64,000 nt of DNA, taken from NCBI GenBank assembly GCA_964595465.1, contig CAZQQI010000007.1:3930-67929 (forward strand). The letters run 5' to 3'. Shown piece after piece: positions 48,158 to 59,200 of the stretch. The position numbers were made by a program, and so were the translations under genes. The notes under the pieces were generated by a model that was not told the origin of the DNA, ran no database searches, and saw only the letters and a program-made list of their open reading frames with translations. How positions within the stretch are numbered: the first letter of the stretch is position 1; each line of letters begins with the position of its first letter. The stretch comes from an uncultured Planctomycetales bacterium. Its GTDB lineage: Bacteria; Omnitrophota; Gorgyraeia; Zapsychrales; JANLHA01.

Positions 48158-48658
48158 TTATTGAACAGCATCGATAATAATAAAATCACCTTCGGGGCAT
48201 AAGTTCTGATCTGAGAAGCACAGGATTTCCCCTTCATCGGCATTTAACCAGTCTTCGAATCGAATGTACAATGAATACATAGTGTGACCGGCAACTTTTT
48301 TAGCTCTTCCCGCTCTGATAATATCATTGCCTGCGGAATAGCTGAATTTATCATCACGAGGCAGGTTTAAATGAAGTTTTTGATTGATTTCATCAAGGCT
48401 GTTTAGGAAGCCCGGGGGAAAGGGCTTTGCATCACATCCGTTATTTGAAGGGCCGCAAGAGGTCCCTCCGCCGGCCTCGTATTCTTTGCCCGCGAGATAG
48501 ATCGACTGCATATTTCGGGCGGCCTTTTCAGCATACTGTCGTTCTACGGAGTCCAGATACCGCGGCAGGGCCAGTCCGGCCAGAACGCCGATGATCACTA
48601 CTGTGATCATGATCTCGACCAGCGTAAAGCCCCAAGGGTTTTTAGTAAGATCGTTCAT
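48158..48658 (-). CDS. Type IV pilin / GspG-like pseudopilin, unlinked to the main pilus cluster.
   Basis: The leader MNDLTKNPWG precedes FTLVEIMITVVIIGVLAGLALP. The C-terminal region contains Cys. Confidence 0.8.
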   Translation of the reverse strand: MNDLTKNPWGFTLVEIMITVVIIGVLAGLALPRYLDSVERQYAEKAARNMQSIYLAGKEYEAGGGTSCGPSNNGCDAKPFPPGFLNSLDEINQKLHLNLPRDDKFSYSAGNDIIRAGRAKKVAGHTMYSLYIRFEDWLNADEGEILCFSDQNLCPEGDFIIIDAVQ

Positions 48659-48796
48659 ACGCCCCGTATTGTTAAACTGTTAAGGTTCTCTACATAAAGT
48701 ATACTGCATTTCTGCGGTGATAACGAATATTATTATTCAATATTAGTATTGAAAGAAATTTGTTGCGGCTGACAGGGAATTCCATATAATAGCTTT

Positions 48797-48834
48797 GGGG
48801 GGTGACAATCGGCTGATTGTCCCCTTTTCTTTTT
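48797..48834 (+). promoter_or_regulatory. Terminator-like hairpin plus T-run in the 5' leader of the ArsB/NhaD permease gene. It is a possible attenuator or riboswitch expression platform.
   Basis: The stem ggggtgacaatc / gattgtcccc with loop ggct is followed by TTTTCTTTTT. It lies 20 nt before the RBS and immediately after a TATAAT at 48785-48790. Confidence 0.3.
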
Positions 48835-48853
48835 ATATGCGGCAGGAGAGAGC

Positions 48854-50236
48854 ATGAAACAAAAATTTATTATTTTAGCGGCCATCGCCGTTGCTTTGGG
48901 TCTGTTAGGAAAAATGATCGGGTTTTCGCATGAACAGGCTCTGATCGTGTCGATCTTTACCATGTCCATTGTGGGGACACTGTTTTTTTGGGATTTCCGT
49001 CTGAGTTTTGTTTTTATCGGCGCCGGCATTCTGGTTTCGATGGGCGCTGTGGATATGGAACATTTTATCCAGTACGCGTCTCTGGATGTTATTTTGTTTT
49101 TGATCGCCATGATGATCATTGTCGGCATGATGAAAGATGCCGGCTTTTTTGAATGGCTGATCACGGTGGTCTTGCGGGTTAAAAATCTGACCGGGATCAA
49201 GATGTTTGCCATTCTCATGGTGGCCTCGGCGGTCTTCTCGGCTTTGATGGGGGAGGTGGCCTCGATCATTGTGATGGCTATGATCATCCTGAATATTTGT
49301 GATTTTCTGGAGATCGATCCGCTTCCCATGATCCTCTCGTCTGTTTTGGCCACAAATATCGGTTCCGCGTCCACGGTTTTAGGGAATCCGGTCGGCGTCC
49401 TGATCGCCGCGCGCGGAAATCTTTCGTTTGAAGATTTTATTACACACGCCCTGCCGTTATCATTTTTTGTGCTGATCATTACGATTCTGATCCTCTTGGT
49501 CTGGTACCGTAAATATCTGCGATTGCTGAACGAACGGATTCAGCCGTTTGAAGAAGATAAGGGTTTTTTATATTTGATCTCCATCCCCCCGGATCTGCGG
49601 ACTAAGGTCAGCATCGGGATCTTTTTAGTGACGATCGGTCTGATCGCGATGCACCGCCGCATTGAGGTGTTTTTGGGGCTGGAGCACAACACCATGCTGA
49701 TCATGATTCCCATTATCGCAGCCGGGATCGTGATGATCTACCGTTATGACCGCGCACGGCATTATATTGAACATGAGATCGAATGGCCGTCCCTGCTTTT
49801 TTTTATGTTTCTCTTTGCTCAGGCCGGCGTGATCCGGGCATCCGGTATTGCGGACATTCTTGCCGGGAAGATCTTCAGTTCGGTGGGGGATGCCCCGCGT
49901 GCCCTGACAGGCGTCGTGCTGTTTTCGGCCGGGATCCTGTCGTCGGGTCTGGATAACGTGGTGACCGTCGCTTCGTATGTTCCAATTGTTAAGAGCCTTG
50001 AGGCCTTTCATTATAATCTGAAGCCGCTCTGGTGGGCCCTTTTGTTCGGCGCCTGCTACGGCGGCAACATTACTATGATCGGTTCAACGGCCAACATTGT
50101 TGCACTCGGCCTGCTGGAAAAAGAACGCAACATCAAAGTCACGTTCGCGATGTGGCTGAAGGTCGGCGCGACTGTGGGTCTGATCAGTATGGCGATTGCC
50201 TACTTGGCGGTTCTTTTTATCCCAATTTATGGGTAA
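48854..50236 (+). CDS. ArsB/NhaD-superfamily ion transporter (Na+/H+ antiporter NhaD-like permease).
   Basis: It has 460 aa and about 12 TM helices with the internal repeat organisation typical of ArsB/NhaD/CitMHS permeases. Confidence 0.55.
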   Translation: MKQKFIILAAIAVALGLLGKMIGFSHEQALIVSIFTMSIVGTLFFWDFRLSFVFIGAGILVSMGAVDMEHFIQYASLDVILFLIAMMIIVGMMKDAGFFEWLITVVLRVKNLTGIKMFAILMVASAVFSALMGEVASIIVMAMIILNICDFLEIDPLPMILSSVLATNIGSASTVLGNPVGVLIAARGNLSFEDFITHALPLSFFVLIITILILLVWYRKYLRLLNERIQPFEEDKGFLYLISIPPDLRTKVSIGIFLVTIGLIAMHRRIEVFLGLEHNTMLIMIPIIAAGIVMIYRYDRARHYIEHEIEWPSLLFFMFLFAQAGVIRASGIADILAGKIFSSVGDAPRALTGVVLFSAGILSSGLDNVVTVASYVPIVKSLEAFHYNLKPLWWALLFGACYGGNITMIGSTANIVALGLLEKERNIKVTFAMWLKVGATVGLISMAIAYLAVLFIPIYG

Positions 50237-50411
50237 AATGGCCAAAATTATCCGTTTTTTCAGAATCCGAAACCTGGCGTTCGGAATTTAGACGGTCATT
50301 ATTCGGTCTATATAATTTTTCGGGAGTTTTCTGCCGGTCATTTCTGCGCGGATTGAACATTCAGGAAACATATTTTAATTTTTAAAAAAGCTGTGTGTTT
50401 GAGGTGCTGTC

Positions 50412-51128
50412 TTGGGGGGGAGAACTAAAAGCTATATTAAGCAGAAGCCGGAACCCGGTCACTGGCTCGCGGCCTCACGTGCCGCTGTTTTGTTATGCGT
50501 TATCAATATTGCCGTCTTTATTTGGATGCTTACTCCTGCCGGCCGGCAGTACTTCACCGAACTGATCGTTTACCCCGGCAACCTTATCAAGGGAAATTAC
50601 TGGTGCCTGCTGACCGGCGGGTTTGTGCACTCCAGCTTGAGCCATTTATTTTTTAATATGCTGGGTCTGCTGGCATTCGGTCATGTGGTGGAACGTCATT
50701 TGGGTTTTTGGAAAACGGTTTTTATTTATCTGGGCGCCTTATTGATCTCCATGCTGTTTTCTACAGTGGTCTATGCCCTGATCCTGCATAAAAATGTGGC
50801 GATCATGGGCGCGTCCGGTGCAGTGATGGGCCTCATGGGCGCGGCAGTCCTGCTGGCGCCGTTTTCCGTGACCTGGGAAATGATCGTCCCGATCCCGACC
50901 ATGTTCAAAGGCTGGCTGTTTCTTTATGCTGATCTGCAGGGCTTTCTGGGAGGCGAACGCGACGGGATATCACATCTGGCGCATCTGATCGGCTTTGCCT
51001 CGATCGTTATTCTGGTCTATTTTCTTACGGATGAAGACAAACAGCGTCTGTTCGCCGGTCTGGTGATCAACCTTGTTTCTCTGGCTCTGTTTGTCTGGAT
51101 CTGGCAAAAATATTTTATCGCGACTTAG
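50412..51128 (+). CDS. Rhomboid-family intramembrane serine protease (TTG start).
   Basis: The catalytic GxSG motif (GASGAVMGLMG) lies in a TM helix and the His (AHLIGF) in a later TM helix. Six TM helices are present. Confidence 0.7.
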   Translation: MGGRTKSYIKQKPEPGHWLAASRAAVLLCVINIAVFIWMLTPAGRQYFTELIVYPGNLIKGNYWCLLTGGFVHSSLSHLFFNMLGLLAFGHVVERHLGFWKTVFIYLGALLISMLFSTVVYALILHKNVAIMGASGAVMGLMGAAVLLAPFSVTWEMIVPIPTMFKGWLFLYADLQGFLGGERDGISHLAHLIGFASIVILVYFLTDEDKQRLFAGLVINLVSLALFVWIWQKYFIAT

Positions 51129-51146
51129 GACATTGAAGAAAAAGGG

Positions 51147-52004
51147 GTGATCATGGCACACGCAATTCTGTTGATTTCCTGCTCTGACCGCAAAGGCATT
51201 ACGGCCGCAGTGACCGGGTTTATCTCGGAACACAACGGAAATATCATCCATGCCGATCAGCATATTGATGAGCAAAGCAACACCTTTTTCATGAGGGTGG
51301 AATGGGACCTGCGGGAATTTGATATTGTCCGGGAAGATCTTCCGGCTTCATTTTCCCATGTCAGCGAGCCGTTCGGCATGGATTGGCAGCTTTTCTTTAC
51401 CGACGAGATTTCTCGTCTGGCAGTTTTTGTCTCAGGCCGGACGCACTGCCTTTACGATCTTTTGCTCAAATACCGATCAGGTCACTTGCCGTGTGAGATC
51501 CCGCTGGTGATCAGCAATCATGAACATCCCGGAGACATTGCCCGTGAATTCGGCATCGACTTCCGCTGTTTTCCCAAAACGCCTGAAAATAAAAAACAGC
51601 AGGAACAGCAGGAGATCGCGCTTCTTAATGAGAACGGCATTGATCTGGTTGCGCTGGCCCGTTATCATCAGATCTTTTCCCCGGAATTTGTTGAAGCGTT
51701 TCCGCAGAAGATCATCAATATTCACCATTCTTTTTTGCCGGCTTTTCCGGGCCGAGAGCCGTATGCCCGGGCGTATGAGAGAGGGGTTAAGATCATCGGA
51801 GCGACCAGCCATTTTGTTACCGCGGAGCTTGACCAGGGGCCGATCATTGAGCAGGATATTGTGCGGGTCAGCCATCGGGACACGGTCGAGGACCTGATCC
51901 GTAAAGGGGAAGATCTGGAGCGTCTGGTTTTCTCCCGCGCGGTTCGCTGGGCTCTTGAACGTAAGATCCTTTCCTACGGGAATAAGACAGTTGTGTTTGA
52001 TTAA
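51147..52004 (+). CDS. purU: Formyltetrahydrofolate deformylase.
   Basis: An N-terminal ACT domain precedes a formyltransferase core (IINIHHSFLPAFPG...GATSHFVTAELDQGPIIEQDIVRVSHRDTVEDL). Confidence 0.9.
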   Translation: MIMAHAILLISCSDRKGITAAVTGFISEHNGNIIHADQHIDEQSNTFFMRVEWDLREFDIVREDLPASFSHVSEPFGMDWQLFFTDEISRLAVFVSGRTHCLYDLLLKYRSGHLPCEIPLVISNHEHPGDIAREFGIDFRCFPKTPENKKQQEQQEIALLNENGIDLVALARYHQIFSPEFVEAFPQKIINIHHSFLPAFPGREPYARAYERGVKIIGATSHFVTAELDQGPIIEQDIVRVSHRDTVEDLIRKGEDLERLVFSRAVRWALERKILSYGNKTVVFD

Positions 52005-52161
52005 GCGCACAAGAGATCATGACAAAAAATGGTGCCGGATCTCATAAAATATTTATTAGCAATGGTTTATGAATAAATCATTTCTGATTTTCAAGGCTGG
52101 AGCGGTATTTGCGTATTGATAAATAACGAATTAATTATAACCTGCTGATTTCAAACAAGAT

Positions 52162-53397
52162 ATGAGATCCGACACCATTTTTTCCAAGCCGGAATTGCTG
52201 GCCCCGGCCGGGGACCGGGCTGCCTTGAGCGCGGCCCTGAATAACGGCGCGGATGCGGTTTATCTGGGTGTTAAGGGCATGAATATGCGGCATGCCGCCG
52301 CGAACTTTTCCCTTAATCAATTAGCCAAGATAGCCGGAGATATCCATCGCCGCGGAAAAAAGATCTATGTGACGTTGAATACGGTGATCCTTCCGGGGAA
52401 TATTAAGCGGACCGAGCAGATCTTGGCCGCGGCACAGGAAGCGGAGGTGGACGCGGTGATCGCCTGGGATATGGCGGTTCTGTCGCGCTGCCGGCAGATG
52501 GGGATCCCTCTGCACATTTCGACTCAAGCCAGCGCCGCCAGCTTTGAAGCTGTCCGGGCCTATGCCGAGTTCGGCGCGCGCCGGGTTGTTCTGGCCAGAG
52601 AGTGCACGCTGAATGATATCCGCAGGATTTCCCGGCGTGTCAAGGAAGAAAAACTCCCCTGCGGCATCGAGGCCTTTGTGCACGGGGCCATGTGTGTTTC
52701 CGTTTCCGGACGGTGTTTTCTCTCCCAGCAGGCCTTTGCCAAATCCGCCAATGAAGGACAGTGTCTGCAGCCCTGCCGGCGAGAATTCCACATCCGCGAT
52801 GCCGACGGAGAAACCGAATATATCCTGGGGCCGGATTATATTTTAAGTCCCAAGGATTTGTGCGCGATCGATTTTCTGGACCGATTGATCCGGGCGGGGA
52901 TCACGGCCTTTAAGATCGAAGGGCGGATGCGTTCTCCGGAATATGTCGCTGAAGTCACGGCCTGTTACCGCCAAGCCATTGATGCCTTTTTTGATTGCAA
53001 ATTTGATGATGCGTTGAAGACTGATCTGAAGACCCGCTTGAGCGCGGTTTACAACCGTGGGTTCTCTCCCGGGTTTTATTTCGGCCGGCCGGGTTATGAT
53101 GATTGGAGCACGGGCCTGGGGACACGCAGGGAGAAGGTATTCGCCGGTGAGGTAACGCGTTATTTCAAAAAGATCGGAGTCGCTGAAGTCTGCCTGCGGG
53201 CAGCGTCTTTGAGTAAGGGGGATGATATCCTGGTGATCGGTCCGCGGACCGGAGCGGAGACTGCCGTTATCGGTGAGATGCAGAATGCCGGGGAATTTGT
53301 CAAACGGGCAGAGAAAAAAGACACGGTCGGTGTCAAGCTGGATTTTTCGGTCCGTCCCGGCGACAAAGTATTTCTGTGGCGTGAAAGGAGGGATTAG
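52162..53397 (+). CDS. Peptidase U32 family protein.
   Basis: The U32 signature EAFVHGAMCVSVSGRC is present. Confidence 0.85.
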   Translation: MRSDTIFSKPELLAPAGDRAALSAALNNGADAVYLGVKGMNMRHAAANFSLNQLAKIAGDIHRRGKKIYVTLNTVILPGNIKRTEQILAAAQEAEVDAVIAWDMAVLSRCRQMGIPLHISTQASAASFEAVRAYAEFGARRVVLARECTLNDIRRISRRVKEEKLPCGIEAFVHGAMCVSVSGRCFLSQQAFAKSANEGQCLQPCRREFHIRDADGETEYILGPDYILSPKDLCAIDFLDRLIRAGITAFKIEGRMRSPEYVAEVTACYRQAIDAFFDCKFDDALKTDLKTRLSAVYNRGFSPGFYFGRPGYDDWSTGLGTRREKVFAGEVTRYFKKIGVAEVCLRAASLSKGDDILVIGPRTGAETAVIGEMQNAGEFVKRAEKKDTVGVKLDFSVRPGDKVFLWRERRD

Positions 53398-53450
53398 TAT
53401 ATTGTGTCCGTCATGGCCGCCTTTGGTTCAGACACGATGTTCTGATTGAT

Positions 53451-54776
53451 ATGATGACAACCAACGAGACATTTGATTTTAATACAGAATTTGCGGAAGC
53501 CTACAGCCTGATGGAAAATTCCCGCAGGCATATCTTTGTGACCGGCCAGGCCGGGACAGGCAAGTCGACCCTGCTGGGCTACTTCCGCGATCACACGACC
53601 AAGAATGTCGTCGTCCTTGCGCCGACCGGCGTTGCGGCCGTGAATGTGAAGGGGCAGACCATCCATTCGTTTTTTCATTTCCGTCCGGATATCACGCCTG
53701 ATTCTGTCCGTAAGATCTATCTCAGGAAAGAAGCCCGCAAGCTGTTCGCGAATCTGGAAACCATTATTATCGACGAGATATCCATGGTCCGGGCTGATCT
53801 GCTGGACTGTATCGATCTGTTTTTACGGATGCATGGGCCGGACGGGCGCAAGCCGTTCGGCGGTGTGCAGATGATCTTTATCGGGGACCTCTTTCAACTG
53901 CCGCCGGTCGTAACCCGGCGCGAAGAAGAGATCTTTCGTGATCATTATGAGAGCCCGTACTTTTTTTCGGCCCGGGTCATGCGCGAGCTGGATTTGGCCT
54001 GTATCGATCTTTCCCGGATCTACCGTCAGGCTGATGATGAATTTATCGCATTGCTTCAATCCGTCCGCACGAATACGATGCAGGCGGAAGATCTGGCTCT
54101 GCTCAATGAACGCTGCGCCCCCGGGTTCGCTCCGGATGATGAGGAGTTTTATATTTATTTAACCACGACCAACGCTTTGGCGGACAAAATGAACGCACGC
54201 CGTCTGGCCTCTGTTCCGGGAGAACCGTTTCTATTTCAGGCGACGCGCGAAGGCGCATTTGAAGGACGCGCGCTCCCGACGCAGGAGCATTTGAAGTTAA
54301 AGACCGGGGCGCAGGTTATGCTGCTGAATAATGATCCCGCCGGGCAGTGGGTCAACGGCAGTATCGGACGGATCACCTCTGTGGCGGAAGACCTGGCCGA
54401 AACCGATATTATCCGTGTAGAACTGGAGGACGGACGGGAGGTCGAGGTCGGGCCGTTCCGGTGGGACATGTATAAATTTTATTACGACGAGGTAACCAAA
54501 GAGGTTGAATCCGAGAGCGTCGGGGCGTTTATTCAGTATCCTTTAAAGCTGGCCTGGGCGGTTACCGTCCACAAAAGCCAGGGGAAGACCTTCCAGCGGG
54601 TCGTTCTGGATGTGGGCCGCGGCGCCTTCGCTCACGGACAGACCTATGTCGCCTTAAGCCGCTGTACTCATCTCAACGGATTGATCCTGCGCCGGCCGCT
54701 TAATTTAAGAGATATTATTGTTGACCCCCGCATTGGCAAGTTCATGCGGGGATTGGAATATCAGGGGAAAAACTAG
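53451..54776 (+). CDS. PIF1/RecD-like SF1B ATP-dependent DNA helicase.
   Basis: Walker A is GQAGTGKST and the DExx motif is IIIDEISMV. The Pif1 signature region and a C-terminal SH3-like or 2B domain are present. Confidence 0.75.
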   Translation: MMTTNETFDFNTEFAEAYSLMENSRRHIFVTGQAGTGKSTLLGYFRDHTTKNVVVLAPTGVAAVNVKGQTIHSFFHFRPDITPDSVRKIYLRKEARKLFANLETIIIDEISMVRADLLDCIDLFLRMHGPDGRKPFGGVQMIFIGDLFQLPPVVTRREEEIFRDHYESPYFFSARVMRELDLACIDLSRIYRQADDEFIALLQSVRTNTMQAEDLALLNERCAPGFAPDDEEFYIYLTTTNALADKMNARRLASVPGEPFLFQATREGAFEGRALPTQEHLKLKTGAQVMLLNNDPAGQWVNGSIGRITSVAEDLAETDIIRVELEDGREVEVGPFRWDMYKFYYDEVTKEVESESVGAFIQYPLKLAWAVTVHKSQGKTFQRVVLDVGRGAFAHGQTYVALSRCTHLNGLILRRPLNLRDIIVDPRIGKFMRGLEYQGKN

Positions 54777-54894
54777 TGCAGCTGGAGTGTCTGTTCTTTT
54801 TTCAGCCCGAACAGCGTGTTTACAAAGCCCGTCTTTAGTATTAATATAAAATCATAATCGAAAGCACTTAAGCCCGTAAAACAAGGAGGGCCGC

Positions 54895-56238
54895 ATGTCA
54901 TTTTTTAAAAAGATCAAACAGACAGTATCCAAATTATTTCATAAAGAGGGGGAGCCCATGACAAAAGAGCAGAAAGGGGAGGTGCATCCGGAAACCCTGG
55001 CGGTTCATGCCGGCCAGAAAGCAGACCCCGCGACCGGCGCCTGTGCCGTGCCGATCTATCAGACCGCGTCGTATGAATTCCGTGATACCGATCATGCCGC
55101 GGATCTGTTCGCGCTCAAAGAGTTCGGGAATATCTACACCCGCATTATGAACCCCACCAGTGAGGCCTTGGAGAAACGCGTGGCCGCTCTGGAAGGCGGT
55201 GTAGCGGCCCTGGCAACCGCCAGCGGCATGGCTGCGGTCACCCTTTCGATCTTAACCATTGCCCGTGCCGGCGATGAGATCGTATCCTCTGCCGAATTAT
55301 ACGGGGGAACGCGGACATTGTTTCAGCATACCCTGAAACGGTTCGGCATCACCGTTCATTTTGTCGACACCAATGATCCGGCGGCTGTTAATGCCGCTTT
55401 GACCGATAAGACGCGGGCGGTATACGCAGAGACCGTGGGAAATCCCAAGCTCAGAGTTCTCAATATCAAGGCTGTCGCGGATGTCGCGCATAACCATGGC
55501 GTCCCGCTGATCATTGATAATACGGCGTCTCCGTTTTTGATCAAACCCCTGGACCACGGCGCTGATATTGTCGTCTATTCCGCGACCAAATACCTCGGCG
55601 GTCACGGGACCACGATCGGCGGACTGATCGTCGACTCCGGCCGTTTTAATTGGGATAATGGGAAATTCCCGGAACTGACCGAACCCGAGGAAAGTTATCA
55701 CGGGATCACTTTTCTCGAGACGTTCGGGAACCTGGCCTATCTCCTGCGCGCACGCACGACTTTGCTGCGCGACCTGGGGCCGGCCCTGTCCCCGTTCAAT
55801 GCCTTTCTGATCCTGCAGGGGATCGAGACCCTGCATGTGCGCATGCCCCGGCATACCGAAAATGCTTTACGTGTCGCGCAGTATCTTAGGGAACATCCAA
55901 AAGTCAGCTGGGTCAATTATCCCGGTCTTCCCGGTCATCCTGACGCTGAAAGAGCAAAGGAGTATTCTCCGCAGGGTATTTGCGCCTTGATCGGGTTTGG
56001 GGTGAAGGGAGGGCTGGCCTCCGGAAAGGCCTTTATTAATAATCTCAAGCTGATCAAGCATCTCGCTAATATTGGCGACGTCAAGACACTGGCGATCCAT
56101 CCCGCGAGTACAACGCATCAGCAGCTGTCCGCGGAAGAACAGCAGGCGGCCGGTGTGACCGATGACTTTGTCCGCCTTTCGATCGGGATCGAACACGCGG
56201 ATGATATTATCGCGGATATTCAGCAGGCCCTGGAGTAG
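54895..56238 (+). CDS. metY: O-acetylhomoserine aminocarboxypropyltransferase (sulfhydrylase), a PLP-dependent enzyme.
   Basis: The Cys/Met-metabolism PLP fold is present, with ETLAVHAGQ and the PLP-Lys region [11 protein letters not shown]. Confidence 0.85.
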   Translation: MSFFKKIKQTVSKLFHKEGEPMTKEQKGEVHPETLAVHAGQKADPATGACAVPIYQTASYEFRDTDHAADLFALKEFGNIYTRIMNPTSEALEKRVAALEGGVAALATASGMAAVTLSILTIARAGDEIVSSAELYGGTRTLFQHTLKRFGITVHFVDTNDPAAVNAALTDKTRAVYAETVGNPKLRVLNIKAVADVAHNHGVPLIIDNTASPFLIKPLDHGADIVVYSATKYLGGHGTTIGGLIVDSGRFNWDNGKFPELTEPEESYHGITFLETFGNLAYLLRARTTLLRDLGPALSPFNAFLILQGIETLHVRMPRHTENALRVAQYLREHPKVSWVNYPGLPGHPDAERAKEYSPQGICALIGFGVKGGLASGKAFINNLKLIKHLANIGDVKTLAIHPASTTHQQLSAEEQQAAGVTDDFVRLSIGIEHADDIIADIQQALE

Positions 56239-56246
56239 ATTTTACC

Positions 56247-59200
56247 GTGTGTGTTCTCTTAAAAAAGAGTGTGTCCAAAAAAGGCCTAATGTTCGCTTCG
56301 AAAAAAAACATTTTATGCGCTGTTCTGTTTGCGGCCTCGTTTTTTTGCGCCACCCCTGCGCCGGCTCAGTCCGCGGACGGGCCGGAATCGTTATATGAGA
56401 TCGGTGTTCTGGCGGATTACAGTCGTGATGATGTTATCCGGCACTGGGTCCCTACCGCGCGGTATCTTTCCGATTATATCCAGCACGCCGATTTTACCAT
56501 AGTCCCTTTAAATTATAGTCAGATCTACGGAGCGGTTTCAAAAGGGCAGGTGGATTTTGTCATTGCCAATCCTGGAATTTTAGTGGAGGCCATGTATTTG
56601 TATAAGGTCCGCTGTATGGCTTCTTTGTCCAGGGAATATAACGGGTGGGAATTCACTCATTATGGCTCGGTGCTTTTTACCGCCCAAGACAGCGGGATCA
56701 AGACACTAGGGGACTTGAAAGGCGCCCGGTTTGCCGCCCCGGCTCCGGATTCTTTCGGCGGCTGGATCCTCGCGGCCAGAGAAATGCAGTATGCCGGACT
56801 TAATGTCCAGTCAGATCTGAGTGAGATCATTTTTGTCGGATCTCATGATCATGTCGTTGACGCAGTGCTGGAAGGAAAAGCTGATGCCGGCGCGGTACAC
56901 AGCGGTGTTCTGGAACATCTTTCCTTATGGGCAGAAGTTGACCTTGGCCGGCTCCGTATTCTTAAAGGCCGTTTGACCATGAACAGGAGTCTGGAAGGAC
57001 TGCCGTTCCATACCAGTACTCCGCTTTTTCCGGAATGGTCGATCGCTAAATTGCCGCATGTTTCGGAAGATCTTGCCGGTTTGGTGACCGAAGGACTGTT
57101 CCGCTTGTCCCAACTGAATCCTGATGCCGCTCAGCAGGGAGGGTATAAACGCTGGATCGTGCCGCTGAATTATACATCAGTCAGACAGGCTTTAAGTGAT
57201 GTGCAGGGGAGTCAGCAGGGGGCGGCATACCGTTTGCTCTTTTTGGACTTTTTGAGGGATTATTGGTATGTGTTCTTTCTGGTATTTCTCATCTTTTTCT
57301 ATCTTATGTTCACCATCCTTCACCGCGCAGGTTTGTCCCGGGCGCTTCGCCGGTCCAAGCTGGCTTTGGAAAAAGAACTGCTTCAGCATAAACAGGCGGA
57401 AGAATCGCTGCGGGAATCTCAGAAAATGCTCACTCTGGTCATGGATTCCATACCGGTACGGGTGTTCTGGAAAGACCGCAACCTGACCTATCTGGGTTGC
57501 AATCAGGTTTTTGCCGAGGATGCCGGGCTGTTATCTTCGGAATCGATCGTTGGAAAAACAGATTATGAGCTCAGCTGGACCCGGGACCAGGCCGACAGCT
57601 TCCGGGAATATGATCAGCGCGTGATCGGGACCGGCCGGCCGATATACAATATCATTGAATCTCAGCAGCATGCCGATGGTAATCTTTATTGGCTGAAGAC
57701 CAATAAAGTGCCGATGCGCGACAGCTACGGCAACGTGATCGGTATGTTGGGAACGTATGAAGATATTACCGAATCCCGCCGTGCTGAGGAGGCGTTGCGG
57801 ACCAGTGAGGCGAAATACCGGGATCTGGTCGAAAACGCCAATAGTATTATTATCCGGCTGAACGCCCGGGGAGACATCCTGTTCTTTAATGAGTTCGCTG
57901 AAAAGTATTTCGGCTATTCAGAAGATGAAGTGGTCGGAAAAAATTTAAAAGAGACCATATTGCCGTCTGATATTGTTCCTCCGGAATGGGTCGACAATGC
58001 GCTGAACAAGATCCTTATGGATTCTGACGAATGGCGTTTTGCGGAAAATCAGAATGCCAAGAAGAATGGCGAGATTGTCTGGGTGGCCTGGACAAACCGC
58101 GCGGTTGTGAACGAGCAGGGGGAAAAGGAGATCCTGGCCGTCGGTACAGACATTACCCAGCGGCGCCATATGGAAGAAGAACTGCGTAAACTGTTTACCG
58201 CGGTGGAGCAGAGTCAGAATGTTATTCTGATCACAGATCCCCGCGGAGATATTGAATATGTGAATCCGAAATTCACCGAGCTGACCGGGTATCAGGAAGA
58301 GGAGGTTTTGGGAAAGAACCCCAGGCTGCTTAAATCCGGTGAATCCCCTCCTGAGGTTTATAAGGTTTTGTGGCAGACCATCCGCGATGGCGAGACCTGG
58401 CGGGGCGAATTTCATAATCGCAGAAAAGACGGTTCGCTCTATTGGGAACGGGCTGCAATCTCCCCGGTTAAAAACGACCAGGGTGAGACGGTGTATTATA
58501 TCGCGATCAAAGAAGACATCACTGAACAGAAGAAACTGTCTCAGGAGCTCCAGAAGGCCTTCGGCCGCCTGAAGGAGATGGAGAGGATCATCAATTTAAG
58601 TAACGCTATGGTCTTTCTCTGGGATCCCCAGGATGAATGGCCTGTCCGCTTTGTTTCGGATAATGTGCGCGTCCTGGGCTATGAACCCCGGGAGTTTTAC
58701 GAAAACCAACTGCATTTTCAGCATCTTATTTATGAAGAAGATGTGGCTATGGTCAAGGCAGAGGTTGAGCGCAATATTAAAGCTCGCAAAGATGAATTTT
58801 CTCAGCAATACCGGCTGCAGACCCGTGATGGACGTGTTCGCTGGTTTGAGGTCTACACTTGGGTGACCTATTGGAAGGCCGGACAGCCGTCGCAGTATCA
58901 GGGCGTGGCCTTTGATATCACTGAACGCAAACTTGCCGAAGAGCGCATGTTTGAAGCCATTAATATGAAGGCGGAATTCATCTCGATCGTGTCGCATGAA
59001 TTGCGGACGCCTCTGACTGCGATCAAGGAGAGTATTAATATTGTTATCGAAGATGAGGATAGCGGGATCAATGATTCTCAGAAGCATTTTTTGAGTATTG
59101 CCAAGAGAAATGTTGACCGTCTCGGCGTTCTGATCAATGACGTGCTGGATTATCAGAAGCTGGACGCCGGCCAGCTCAAATTTCAGTGGCAGGAAGGGGA

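Noticed and set aside
48733-49479. A 248-aa minus-strand ORF.
   Set aside because: It overlaps the clearly real ArsB/NhaD permease gene on the + strand, whose hydrophobic antisense gives a spurious Ile/Met-rich ORF.
54777-54894. Looked for a SAM riboswitch upstream of metY.
   Set aside because: No SAM-I-like conserved core was recognisable in the 118-bp leader. Only an SD is present.
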